DNA of 64,000 bases from Azolla caroliniana (Eukaryota; Plantae; Polypodiophyta): contig JBHGNT010000004.1 in the NCBI GenBank assembly GCA_043228905.1, positions 18,042,001 to 18,106,000 of the forward strand, in the 5' to 3' direction. The translations under genes were made by a program, and so were the position numbers. Of this stretch, positions 39,742 through 51,829 are shown piece after piece. The notes beneath the pieces are model-generated. The model was not told the DNA's origin. It did not search any database and saw only the letters and a list, made by a program, of their open reading frames with translations. Numbering within the stretch: the stretch's first letter is position 1; every line of letters starts with the position of its first letter.

Positions 39742-41820
39742 ACGTATAGACGATTGAGCAATTGCCTGAAGTCGAGTCCGAATAGAGCCGACTAGAGCAA
39801 CTCTTAGAGCTCAGTGAAGAGAGACTCCATACCTGAGTAAGCTTGAGCAGGAACAACGCCGACGAAAGGCTTTTGTCGATCGTCGCCGAAAAGGAACTAA
39901 ACAATCATTTGAAATTGACAAAGTAGTGCTTGTCTTCCAAACTCGGTTGGGACAGATGCCAGGGAAGTTGAGGTTCCGATGGACGGGCTCATAATAGATT
40001 ATAGAAGAATATAACGGTACATATCAGATTGGTACCATAGCCGGTGAAATAATGCCGAAGTGGGCCAATGGGTTTCGACTGAAACCCTATCTCGGGCCGA
40101 CACCCCCGAACCCGTTCATCGACGAGAATCGAGAACCAAACAGAGACTGCCAATCGAACAAAGTAGGTGACAATGATAGACCGCCCAAGTCAAATGGGGG
40201 AGGAGGACCCCACCTACCATAAAAGGCCAACGAGGACAATTTGTAAATGACCTCCATTTCCGTTATAATGAAAAAAACAAAACCCACCAAAAATTATTTA
40301 AGGGCATGCACAACGCTCAAGAAAGCAAGTATAGTTGTTCTCGACACGTGGCATTTATAGAGTGTAATGGCAAAAAGGATTTTGAACCTACGACACACAT
40401 GCAACCCTCGGGAAATGAAACGACTACAAAAACCACTTCTGCAAAGAAGCAGACACAATTCACGCGAAGACGAAGCAAAAGAAGCACAGAAGCTCAGAGC
40501 TCCTACCTCTCATAACAATAGTTTTTCACTACCATCACTCCCAAGCAAAGAGAAAACCATGCCAATCAAGGTCCCATCTTATCTACGCATTTGGCTGAAA
40601 AGGCACAACCTGAGTGGGTATCTCAAGGTTGTTGATGCACCCCCCTACCTAGAGGCATATGAGGTCGGCATGAAGATCTGAGTTGACCGCCTCACCAACG
40701 AACAAGTCCAGACAATGCTTGGCTTGAAAGATGGTGGCATTCATGATACAGAGCTTCCACCCCCGCAAGTCCTTGAAGCATATTTCGGGGAGTACTCTTC
40801 GGGCAAGGCTTACGTGAGCTCACGAAGTTCGTGTTGGAGGTCGCCTGCGTCCAACCCACCACATACGCCATGCCAAAGAAGAAAGTCATCTTTATCATAG
40901 CCGCGTATAAAGGGGAGAAAGTCAATTGGGGCGTTTTGACAAGTGAGGACCTCCGCACGGGGATCTTGGCCCTTCAGGCCGGGACGAAGCTATTGTTGGT
41001 GCTAGCCCACTACCTCTTGGTACTCTACCCGCCTCACCCCGCCATCAACGATCGAAAGCTAACTACAACTTCTGCCCAACCGATCTAGAAAAAATGCCAA
41101 CAAGTATTGCAATTTACTCAGGAAGAATGGCAAGAGTCAATGACCTCGGTGCACCAGGAATCGCCAAACAAGAAAGATTGGGCACTAGAAAGCCCTACGA
41201 AAGAAAGTACGACCCTGGTAAGGGCGTCGCAACCAACCTCCGCCCCAAAGCAACCGGAATCACAGTAGTCAATAGAAGATGCTGACGACGACTTCACAAT
41301 CTGGGGGAGGACCGAGCCAAGACCCAAGGTATCGGTTGACATGCACAGTTAGAGAACGAAGAAACCTCGGTTGGAAATAAGCGACAAGACCCTACAAGAA
41401 TCATTTAAGATAAAGAAACAGCCTCAAGAAACCAAAGGGGAAAAAAAAGGGAATAGCCAGTTCAAAAAGTGTCACTAATTGTAAAGGAAAAGTTATGGTG
41501 AGCAGAGCTGACGGACAAAACAACCACAAAGTAGTGGCAAACAGGAAGGCAACAACCGGAAAATGGTCATACTGCCGGACAAGACGGTGGTCGTAGCCAT
41601 AGATATAGCCCCATCTTTCACAGGAAAGATGCAGGAGGGATATGCATCCCGCATCTCGGAGGATACGATGATGACCTTCCCCGATATCCCAGCCGAAGCA
41701 TTCGAGCTCATGGCCATCCTATGCCGCTAATTCACCATCTCGCTCGATTACAAGTAGTAGCCGCCACAAGAATGGCAGAAGAACACAAAGCACAGTTGAT
41801 GATATAGAAAGCGTTGGCAG

Positions 41821-42160
41821 TGTCGTGAAGTAAGAAAGCTTCACATTAAAAGTTCACAATAATATTACGAAATAGGTCCCTCCATATGGAAAGTGAGCAC
41901 AATCTGGATTAGTTGGATCGGAAGAAGAGGAAAGACCAGATCTAGTACCGGATCGGTATACAAACCGGATCTGAATCGGCATCCAGTACAAGCCAGTTTT
42001 GTAAATAGGTTCTGTCACAGTTATTTGGCTAGAATTGTAAATAGTCCTAAAATTATACAAGTATAAATATAAATAGGGAAAGACATATGTGTGTGTGTGT
42101 AGTTATTGGTTTTTTTTAATTGAAGAGAGAGAGAGAGAGAGTGAGAGTGAGAGCGAGAGC

Positions 42161-42201
<41 letters not shown>

Positions 42202-43133
42202 AGTTGTACCTTTGTAACCGTCTGTAGAAGAAGAAGAGCTTGAGGATGTCATCTCAGAGTCTCTTATTGTACTCCTCTTGATATAGGGATTTTGTTCGGA
42301 GTCTGTGAGCTCTCGTTCTTTTTACCAATTTAGGGTTTCCACATTAATATCTTGTATCTTTGTGTTAGTGCATCATTTACGTTATTTCAATTTTCTATCA
42401 TTCTCATTCATGCTTGATAATCGGTTGTGGTCGATCCCATAAGATAACCGGCTATAACTATTAAGTGTGGAAGTCGAAGATGCGGGATATGCTTGTATGC
42501 AAAGACTTAAGGTTGCCGGTTCAATATGGCAAGTCCAAGCCTAACAAGATCGATCCATCGACTTGGGAAGTCATGCATTTGAAGGCAACGGCATATATAA
42601 GGTGTTTTATTGATGTGAGTCTATACAACAACTTCAACAAGGACACAAATGTTGAAGTTCTCTAGAAGAAGATCGGCATAATGTTCGAGAGTAAAAATGT
42701 TGTTAATAGAGTCTCAATGTTCTGAAAGATTGTGAAACTTCGATATCAGGATGGCTCTAGCATGGCAGAGCATCTGAATGCTTTCCAAGGATGAATCAAC
42801 CAGACCACCTCTCTCGAAGTACCTCTCATGGATGAAGTACATTAACCAACGCCGGACCATAAGGGAAACACCTATCCCTAAAGACGGTGAAGTGAAGTTT
42901 GTTAAATGATGAAGCTCGCACGAAGGACCGAAGGCCCTAATTGACCCGAAGGCCCTAGTCACAATAGGTGACATGAACCGGGGAAGAGGCCAAAATAGAA
43001 GTCCCCAAATTTGGGAGAAGTCGGGGATGAGGTCGAAGTCGAGGGATAGACCTACCAAAAGAATTGTCGGCAATTCCGAAAAGAGAAAGGGTGAGTTGAC
43101 GGTGTAGATCCAAACAAGTATCTAGATCGTAAA
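41821..43133 (+). mobile_element. Degraded Copia LTR plus gag remnant, related to the 33724 element
   Basis: TG start, (GA)/(GAGT) tract, and gag WKSKMRDMLVCKDL...MHLKATAYIRCFID. Confidence 0.75.
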
Positions 43134-46100
43134 TGTTAGGAAACGGGTCCCTTCGGATGGGAAGAGAAGAGCCGAGTTAATGAGAAACTGAAATCGTGTA
43201 GACAGCCAACTCGGAAGACTATACTTGTAAATAGTCTCAATATGCCCTTATGGGCTACACTTGTAAATAACCCAAAAGGGTGTACTAGTATAAGTACTTA
43301 GGGCAATCATAATATTATGATGGGTTGTTACTAAAAGGTTACTTAGAAGGTTGTTGCCTCAGTAACTGTGTAACAGTAAGTGAGTGAGAGTGATAGCGTG
43401 TGTAACTCCGTAGCCGTTTGTTGACGAAGTAGAATCTCGAGGTTGTTGCCTCAGAGCTTCTAGTTGTACTCCTCCTTTTTTAGCATAGTGATTCTGTTTC
43501 TCAGGGTTTGTGGACCCCCGTGGTTTTTCCCATTTCGGGTTTCCATGTTAAAATCGTGTGTTTCTGTCTCTTGTGATATTTATGTTTTTCGTACTCTGTC
43601 TGAGCGCATTCTACTTTATGTTCCCTGCCCGAACATCCGAAAAATCAGCCGGTTGTGGCCTGTCACGATTCTCAACAAGTGGTATCAGAGCGAACAACAC
43701 AAAAAATGGAAGAATCATTCGGCGGCATGTTCAAGCTCACCGGCTCAAACTACTCAGTGTAGAAGTCGAAGATGAGGGATATGCTGGTGGTTAAAGATCT
43801 TTGGTTGCCGGTTCAGTTCGGGGACAAGAGACTGGATAAGATCGACGCCATAGTGTGGGAGGTGATGCACATGAAGACGACGACATACATCCGGTGCTTC
43901 ATTGACATGAGCCTGTACAACAATTTGAATGAAGAAAGTAAGGCTCATGAACTCTGGGAGAAGATCGACATCATGTTCCAGAACAAGAATATTGTTAATC
44001 GGGTTTTGGTATTTTAGAAGCTAGTGAAGCTCTGGTACCAAGATAGCTCTAGTATGGTGGAGCACATGAATGCCTTCCAGGGACTGATAAACCAGGAAAC
44101 CTCGTTGGAAGTACCTCTCGCTGATGAGGTACTCACATTACTCCTGCTCGGTTCCCTTCGGGATTGTTGGGAGACGCTAGTTGTCACGTTGGGCAACGCC
44201 GGGCCGGAAGGAATACAGTTGTCCCTAGCAAGAGTCAAATCAACCTTGCTAGATGAAGAAGCTCGCAGAAAGGACCGGGAGTCCGGAACCGATCCGAAGG
44301 CCTTGGTCATGGAAGATGAACACAACCGGGGAAGAGGCCCGTATCGGAGTCCCCAAAACTGGGACAAATCGGGGACGAGGTCGAAGTCGAGAGGAAGGCC
44401 CACGTGCTTCTATTGTAGGAAGCCAGGGCACTTTCAAAAGAATTGCTGACATTTCCGAAAGGAAAAAGGGGGAGCCGATGGTGTGCAACCGAAAAAAAAT
44501 TCGGAAAGCAAGAACACCTCAATGATCGCAACAAGTGAGGAGGAGTTGTTACTCATTAGCGAGTAGAACGAAGTGAACCTTGTCGGCGATGAATGGACAT
44601 GGGTGGTCGATTCGGGTGCGTCATTTCACCTAAACCCTGACCGGAAATGCTTCTCATCATACAAGGCTGATGATCTCGGATCTGTAAAGAGGGAAATGAA
44701 GGAGCATGCTGAGTCGTTGGCATTGGAGACGTTGTTTGGTGACCTCAACTAGTTACAGACTCGTGCTGAGAGATTTTTGACACATTCTGGACGTTCGATT
44801 GAACCTGATATCAGCCGGTTGGCTGGATGATGAAAGCTACACGGGCAGCATCCGGAATTGTTGGGATATGTCCCTTCAGTGGGAGGAACCGACTGTTCGA
44901 AAATAGCCGGCAGTCGAAGAGTCGAAGGAACCGACTATTCGGAAATAGCCGACTATTCGGAAGAGTCGACAACAGAGAGTCGATTCTTTAAATAGATTAT
45001 TATTATTATTATTATAGGAATAATAATAGTGATGATATGTAGCAGTGGCTGCAATTGTAAATAACCCACACAATGTGTCAGTATATATATATACATCTAG
45101 GGTAAACATAGTATCAGTGAGAGAGGGACAACAATAGAAGTGTGTGTAAGAGAGACGCGTGTAAGAGAGATGCGAGAGAGAGAGTGAGAGAGAATACCGC
45201 TAAAACTTGTGCATATGGATGTATGCTACATGGACACGAAGTCGCAGAGTGGTTCACAATATTTCGTAACCTTTATAGACGACTATAGCCAAAAGTTGTG
45301 GGCTTCCGTGATGAAGACGAAGGATCAAGTGTTATCTGTCTTCAAAAAGTTCCAAGCGAGGGCCGAGAGAGAAACCGGCCTTAAGTTGAAGGTAGTCCGA
45401 GCGGACAATGGCGGAGAGAACCGCGGACCGTTCAAAGAATATTGCCGAAAAGAAGGAATCCAGCTTGAGTATATCGTGCCAAAAACGCAAGAGCTGAATG
45501 GGCTAGCCGAGAGAATGAATCGGACCATAATGGAGAGATTCTGAAGCATGCTTGCACATGCGAAATTACCGAAAACGTTATGGGCTGAGGCGCTAATGAC
45601 AACAACATATGTGATAAACTAATCACCCTCAGTACCCTTGGACGGTGATATTCCACAACGGGTGTGGAGAAACAAAGACATGTCGTACCGACATTTCAGG
45701 TTGGTCGGTTGTCTTGCCTTTGTCCATGTCACAAAGGACTAGAGGGGGAATTAGACCCAAAATCTCGGTCCTGCATATTTCTCCGTTACGGCGATGATGA
45801 GTTCGGCTATCGTCTATGGGACTTAGCTGAGAAGAAGGTGATTAGGAGCCGAGACATTGCCTTCATGGAAGAGAAGACAATGATTGATTGGGAGAACGAG
45901 AAAAATTCTCCAACCACTGAATCGAGCCAAGTCGATGCTCGGTTGGATCGTGTAGATGACGGTTCGATCGAAATCGAACCTGTACCAGTCGATCGATCTA
46001 ATGCTTGGCAAAATCGAGAAACGACTGATGATCAAGGGGAGTCCGCCGAACAAGGAACCTAAATCGACTCAGACGAAGAGGATGAAGACGAACTAACCGT

Positions 46101-46990
46101 ACCTAACGCAGGTCGAAGATACCCCCTTAGAGAGTTAAGAGCCCCCCAAGGATTTCCGGATGAAGAACGTCTATTGCTAACCGATGAAGGGGAGCCGGAA
46201 AGTGACAAAGAAGCTAAGAAGGATACCCACAACCGAGAGTGCTTGCATGCCATGCAAGAGGAGATCGATTCCTTGCATGAGAACCACACATACGAATTGG
46301 TCGAGTTGCCGAAGGGGAAGAAGGCACTCCGAAATAAGTGGGTATACAAGTTGAAACCTAGAGATGGCCGAAATCCACCCAGATACAAAGCACGAATTGT
46401 CGTAAAAGGGTTTCAACAGAAGAAGGGTGTGGATTTTGCCGAAATATTTGCCTTGGTAGTGAAGATGACATCTATCTGAACCGTGCTGAGCATTGCGGCC
46501 AACATGGATCTCGAAGTCAAACAATTGGATGTCAAGACAGGGTTTCTGCACGGAGATCTTGAAGAGGAGATATATATGCAGTAGCCGGAAGGATTCATAA
46601 TGAAATGTAAAGAAAACCTGATATGCCGTTTGAGGAAGAGCTTGTACGGGTTGAAGCAGGCTCCACGGCAATGGTACCGAAAATTTGAATCCTTCATGAC
46701 CGAAAACGGGTACCACAAAACACAGGCTGATCACTGCATATTTGTGAAGAAGTTTGATGGAGGAGATTTCGTCATCCTTTTGTTGTACGTGGACAACATG
46801 CTAATTGTCCGACAAGACCATATTAAGAAGGCCTTGAACGGGTCATTCTCGATGAAGGATATGGGTCCGGCAAAGGAAATTCTGGGTAAGCACATTGTTC
46901 GGGACAAAACAAAGAAATTGTTATGGTTGTCACAAGAGAAATATGTGACAAAGGTGCTCCAAAGATTCGGCATGGAAGGCACGAAACCGA
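43134..46990 (+). mobile_element. Degraded Copia element (LTR, PBS, gag-pol into RT) with an LTR fragment inserted at ~44859-45192
   Basis: LTR 43134-43677 (TG...CA), PBS 43680-43691, gag zinc knuckle, integrase (FVTFIDDYS), RT (LYGLKQAPRQWY, LLYVDNML). Many stops. Confidence 0.88.
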
Positions 46991-47796
46991 TGTCGCAAAG
47001 TTTCGCGCGCGCGCGTTACTTGGGAGGGACCACGGGGACTAGAGAGTACTCAAGGGATAGAGAAGACCCGAGGTTTGCTTTACGACAATAGTACTTCCCA
47101 ACCCCTTCCAGAGCAAGGGCTCGTTGCCCTTTGTTTTGTGAGGACGGTGGCTCTTGTTGATCACGACTCGTCGATCTTTCGAGATCACCGCACGAGCGAA
47201 GTGATCAAATGGGTACAACCAAGATGAGCACACAATGGGGACAATAACATGAACACGCATGCTCGTACATCTTTATGAGGAGGAGAGGTGCATGGGCATG
47301 CCCGAACGCTCCCTCGTCACAAGACGTCAAACGTACGAGGAAGACACAAAACACACACACAAATGCTCGTACGCTTTTATGAGGAGGAGAGGTGCATGGG
47401 CAAGCCCGAACGCTCCTTCGTCACAAGACGACCGAACAGACAAGGAAGTCACAAAACACATGCACAAATGCTCATACGTCTTTATGAGGAGGAGAGGTGC
47501 ATGGGCACGCCTGAAACGATCCCTCGTCACAAGACGGTTGAACGTACAAGGAAGACACAAACACACACACAAAATGCTCATACGCCTTTATGAGGAGGAG
47601 AGGTGCATGGGCAAGCCCGAACGCTCCCTCATCACGAGACGACCGAACGTACAAGGAAGACACAAACACATGCACAAAATGCTCGTACGCCTTTATGAGG
47701 AGGAGAGGTGCATGGGCAAGCCCGAAACGGTCCCTCGTGACAAGATGGCCAAAGATACAAGGAAGACACAAACACACGCACAAATGCTCGCACGTC
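46991..47796. repeat. LTR-like segment containing a ~105-bp tandem repeat (5 copies plus partials)
   Basis: Begins TGTCGCAAAGTT. Unit atgctcgtacg.ctttatgaggaggagaggtgcatggg...cgtcacaagacg...ggaagacacaaacacac starts at ~47259, 47363, 47468, 47574 and 47679. The array resumes at ~50506-50561. A matching terminus ...AATTTCGCGACA lies at 55912. Confidence 0.75.
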
Positions 47797-47897
47797 TCCC
47801 CTTTTCAAATCATATCCATAAGCACACACCCCCACTCCCTATTGTCATTTCTCTAAACCCTCTCCTAAAACTCCTTATATAAACCTATCCACCCCTA

Positions 47898-47956
47898 ATG
47901 GTCATTTTAGCACTGATGAGCCCCGTGGTGGGCGAAACTAGTTTGCTCATGACCAT
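47898..47956 (+). ncRNA. Minimal type I hammerhead ribozyme, copy 1 (intact core)
   Basis: Stem I ATGGTCAT-ttt-AGCA pairs with TGCT-c-ATGACCAT. Core CTGATGA at 47913-47919, stem II GCCC/GGGC with loop CGTGGT, then GAA, palindromic stem III ACTAGT, and predicted cleavage after GUU (47943). Confidence 0.85.
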
Positions 47957-48176
47957 ATCCCCATGTAATTTCTTTTTCAATCTTAATGATAATTAGTAAT
48001 AGCTTTGCTCTTAATCACTCACTCTCACTCTCTCTCTCTCTCTCTCTTAACATGTTAGTAACATTTGTTTTAGTCCTTTTAATTAATACTTAATGGCTAG
48101 CCCTCTCTCCCTTTCTCATTATATTTTTAGTTATATTTAAGTTTTAATCCCTATAATAATTTAAGTTATCAAGGTT

Positions 48177-48221
<45 letters not shown>

Positions 48222-48952
48222 GCTCTCCAAGCCGTGCACCGGTGATACACCATTCGCACTCCTTGTCGACGATCGTATGATCAACAAAACTCATGATCCC
48301 ACATTCTCTATGGAGGCCCATGTATCGGGGATAGGCACCCACGGCGAGATAGCATCGTCAACCACCGAGCCCTCATTTCGTGCCGAGTGCGCCCACAAAT
48401 TGTTGCGTGGCTTTGCAATGGCATCATCGATCAACTTGTCTCTCATATCCTCTCACATAACAAGCTCTCAACACTCTACCTTACTTTTCGCACATCATTA
48501 TGTTGTAAGCATGGGACTACATTCGGTAGCCATGCATTTTCCCATTTCTTATCCCTCTTTCATTGTATATGTTCGGGACTACATTTGGTAGCCGACATTA
48601 TTTTCATTTTGTATCTCAAACCCTAAACTATATCGCCAATCACAATGCTTGTCATCCACATCCCTACATATGCACTCACTTCTTGTTAGATTTTTCATAT
48701 TTTTAACCCTACCCCTACCATTCCCCTACTTTCTTCTATTTTCAACCCTACCCCTCCCCTACTTTCTCCTATTTTTGGCCCTACCCCTAATACTTTCTCC
48801 TAATTTCAGCCCTACCCCTTCCCCTACTTTTTCATATTTTTACTTATACCTCTCTCTTACACTTTTATTAAAAACATAATCTTTAGATTATATTTACCAA
48901 CTACCCCCGTCATCAATTTCCATATATTTTTCTTGGTTGCCCCATATGTTTT

Positions 48953-48996
<44 letters not shown>

Positions 48997-49775
48997 TTCT
49001 TACTTTTATATCCTATTCTCTCTCTCTCTCTCTCTTACCTCTACCCCTCCCTTTACTTTTTATTACCACCCTACCCCTAACCTTAACCCTCCCTAGCTCA
49101 CACCAAGTGTATCAAACGGTTTGGGTGTGCTCAAATAGTTCTTGGTGAACTTTTCACTTCACCCCCACTTTGTCAATTTACCCCCTTACCCCTCCCTTAC
49201 CTTCCTAAATTACGCTCCTACCTTTCTCCCTCAATTTTTCAAAATTACCCCCCTACCCTTCCCCCTTAATTTTTCAAAATTACCTTTCTACCCCTCCTCC
49301 CACTTTTTCTTATTGCCACCCTACCCCTCCCCTAAACCCCCCCATCATTTCTTAAAAACTAAACACCCTACCCCCGCCCCTCTCTCTAAATCTTTTCCTT
49401 TTTTTTTCCTTTCTCACACTTAAGTTATCACTTCTGCCTCTCTTAGTTTTTCCTTTCCTCTCTCAAAATCTTTTCCTATCCTATTTTATCCACCTTTCTA
49501 TTTTTGTTTTTCTACCCTCACCCATGTTTTACTTTTTCTTACCCTACCCCTCCCCATCCTCTTCCTAAATCTATAGCCTCCCCCCTTTTTCTTTTCCTCT
49601 TTCCCCACACTTGTCTCTCTCCCTTACCTCTCTCCTATTTCCTTTCTCTCTCTTACTTTGTCTAGTTTACACATGCATCTCTCTCCTCTCTCTACCCTCT
49701 TTCCCTCTCTTACTTTTTCTCTCGTTTCCCACCCTTGATCCTCGTAGATCTACTCAGTCCCCTTATGTCTACTCA

Positions 49776-49816
<41 letters not shown>

Positions 49817-50130
49817 CCTCTTTCCTTCCTTTCTCATCATCTCACATATTTTCCTTATTCCCCCTCAATCTTAACTCCCCTTTGAATATTTCCCCTCATT
49901 TTACATTTCATATCCTAACTCTCTCTTTTCTCCTTATCTCTCGTTAACATTATAACCTCTTTTCCCTTATACCAGAACCTCCCCCTTGTCACATTAAAGC
50001 TCATAATATCCTTTTCCTTCTTCTCCAAATCTTCCCCTTTTCAAATCATATCCATAAGCACACACCCCCACTCCCTATTGTCATTTCTCTCCCTCTTCTA
50101 AAACTCCTTATATAAACCTATCCACCCCTA

Positions 50131-50188
50131 ATGGTCATTTTAGCACTGATGACCCCGTGGTGGGCGAAACTAGTTTGCTCATGACCAT
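50131..50188 (+). ncRNA. Minimal type I hammerhead ribozyme, copy 2 (1-nt deletion at the base of stem II)
   Basis: Same as copy 1 except CTGATGA-CCCC, i.e. the G following the core is missing. Predicted cleavage site 50175. Confidence 0.7.
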
Positions 50189-50398
50189 ATCCCCATGTAA
50201 TTTCTTTTTCAATGTTAATGATAATTAGTAATAGCTTTACTCTTAATCACTCTCTCTCTCTCTCTCTCTTAACATGTTAGTAACATTTGTTTTAGTCCTT
50301 TTAATTAATACTTAATGGCTAGCCCTCTCTCCCTTTCTCATTATATTTTTAGTTATATTTAAGTTTTAATCCCTATAATAATTTAAGTTATCAATGTT

Positions 50399-50439
<41 letters not shown>

Positions 50440-50561
50440 GCTCTCCAAGCCGTGCACCGATGATACACCATTCACACTCCTTGTCGACGATTGTATGATC
50501 AACAAAACGCTCCCTCGTCACAAGACGGATGAACGTACAAGGAAGACACAAACACACGCAC

Positions 50562-51829
50562 TGTTGAGCGGCAAGCTCAACTGGAGCCGGATCGACTGAA
50601 TAAGCCTGAGCCGGCAAGTGAGACGGATCGGTAAACTGTGAGCAACCGAGCCGGCAAGCAACAGAGCCGGTGAGTTGGGGAGCCGGTTAGCCGGATCCAA
50701 TCACTAACCGGAAGCCTAGTATTTGTGTAGACTACTAGGCAATTATAGTCTCGTAGTAAGTGTCAGATGCTCGTGTGAGCATTGAAGTACGCGGTACTTC
50801 TGTCAATCCCACGAGGACTTGTATAAATAATGGTACTGAGCATAGTTGTATGTACAGAGTAATTATATCGTTTTTGAATATAGCTTTTACGTTTTGCTCT
50901 CTCTATCTCTCCCGCATACTCTGTGTATTCACTACTTTCTCTGTTCTCTAACGCTTCCGCAAGTAATCGTTTACATTGTATCAGAGCGCGAGGGTTAAGA
51001 ACCTCCTCTGCAGCCGACAAACTCTGAAAGCAAACCCTAACAGGTCGTAAAACAGCAGACAGAGAAATGATGGATAGAGGGATGGCTAGCTCGCTCCCTG
51101 TGGAGAAACTTGACAGATCCAACTATGCATCTTGATCGTATAAGATGCACCAGTACCTGATTGGGCATGGCTACTGGAGTTTCGTCGAAGGAGCCAACGA
51201 AATAACACTTGATCCGACACATAAGGACTTCCCAGTGTGGGAACAATCGGCAAGCAGAGTGATGTACTGCTTCACATCCAGTGTCGGAGACCAACTGCTG
51301 AGCCACATCTGAGACGCCAAGACGCTGAAGGAGGCTTGGGGAAACCTGAAGAAGGTTTTCGCCGCGAGCACTACAGCCCGAAAGCTGCATCTTCGACAAG
51401 AGTTGAGCAATGTCCGACAGAAGGACATGTCGGTGGCGGATTACATAGCCCGGATCAAAGAGATCTGTGACTCGCTTGCCTCTCTCAACGTTACCGTAGA
51501 GGAATACGAGATGGTACAGGTCTATCTTGGGGGCCTGGCGTCTAGGTTCAGAGCATTCTGAACGGTACTGTGTACAAGGGAGAATACGCCGTCATTTTTC
51601 GACTTACAATCAATGCTCCTTGTAGAGGAGAACCACGCCGGTGCGTCAACTAGCGCACCCACTGACAGCCGGATACTGTACAAGGAGGCAGATCGGTCCC
51701 GTAGGCGTGGTGGATGAGGCGGGTAGGCACGCAATGGAGGCGGCCGGCAAGAGCAAGAACGAAGGCACAGAGAACGTGCCGACAACAGTTTCGGGACTTC
51801 CACAAGCAGGGGGAGTCATGGTGACACCG
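50562..51829 (+). mobile_element. Copia 5' LTR, PBS and truncated gag
   Basis: LTR 50562-50975 (TG...CA), PBS-like TTGTATCAGAGC, gag from MMDRGMASSLPVEKL at 51068 with stops. Ends abruptly at 51829. Confidence 0.85.

Larger units (their letters stand above)
33575..41820 (+). mobile_element. Degraded Athila-like Gypsy element (integrase C-terminus plus 3' extra ORF) hosting two nested insertions
   Basis: Fragments 33575-33723 (NGLAESTNKTLQNILKKIVNE...KLQSALWAYRT), 37394-37464 (PFWVAFGLE) and 39742-40120 (KAFVDR...MPGKLRFRWTG) rejoin into one integrase homologous to 60861..61535. 40600-41090 matches the extra ORF 59169..60332. Confidence 0.8.
47797..50508 (+). mobile_element. Non-autonomous hammerhead-ribozyme retroelement (Penelope-like pseudo-LTR or retrozyme-like)
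   Basis: Near-identical ~0.49 kb direct repeats at 47797-48290 and 50033-50508, each with a TATA-like box and a hammerhead motif. They lack TG..CA ends, PBS and PPT. The interior is pyrimidine-rich, and the element interrupts the 105-bp tandem array. Confidence 0.75.

Noticed and set aside
47259-47882. ORFs of 207, 101 and 88 aa with repeated peptides
   Set aside because: They are translations of the 105-bp tandem repeat, with no protein-family features.
48649-49947. Several Leu/Ser/Pro/Phe-rich ORFs resembling membrane proteins
   Set aside because: Artefacts of C/T low-complexity sequence lacking stop codons.
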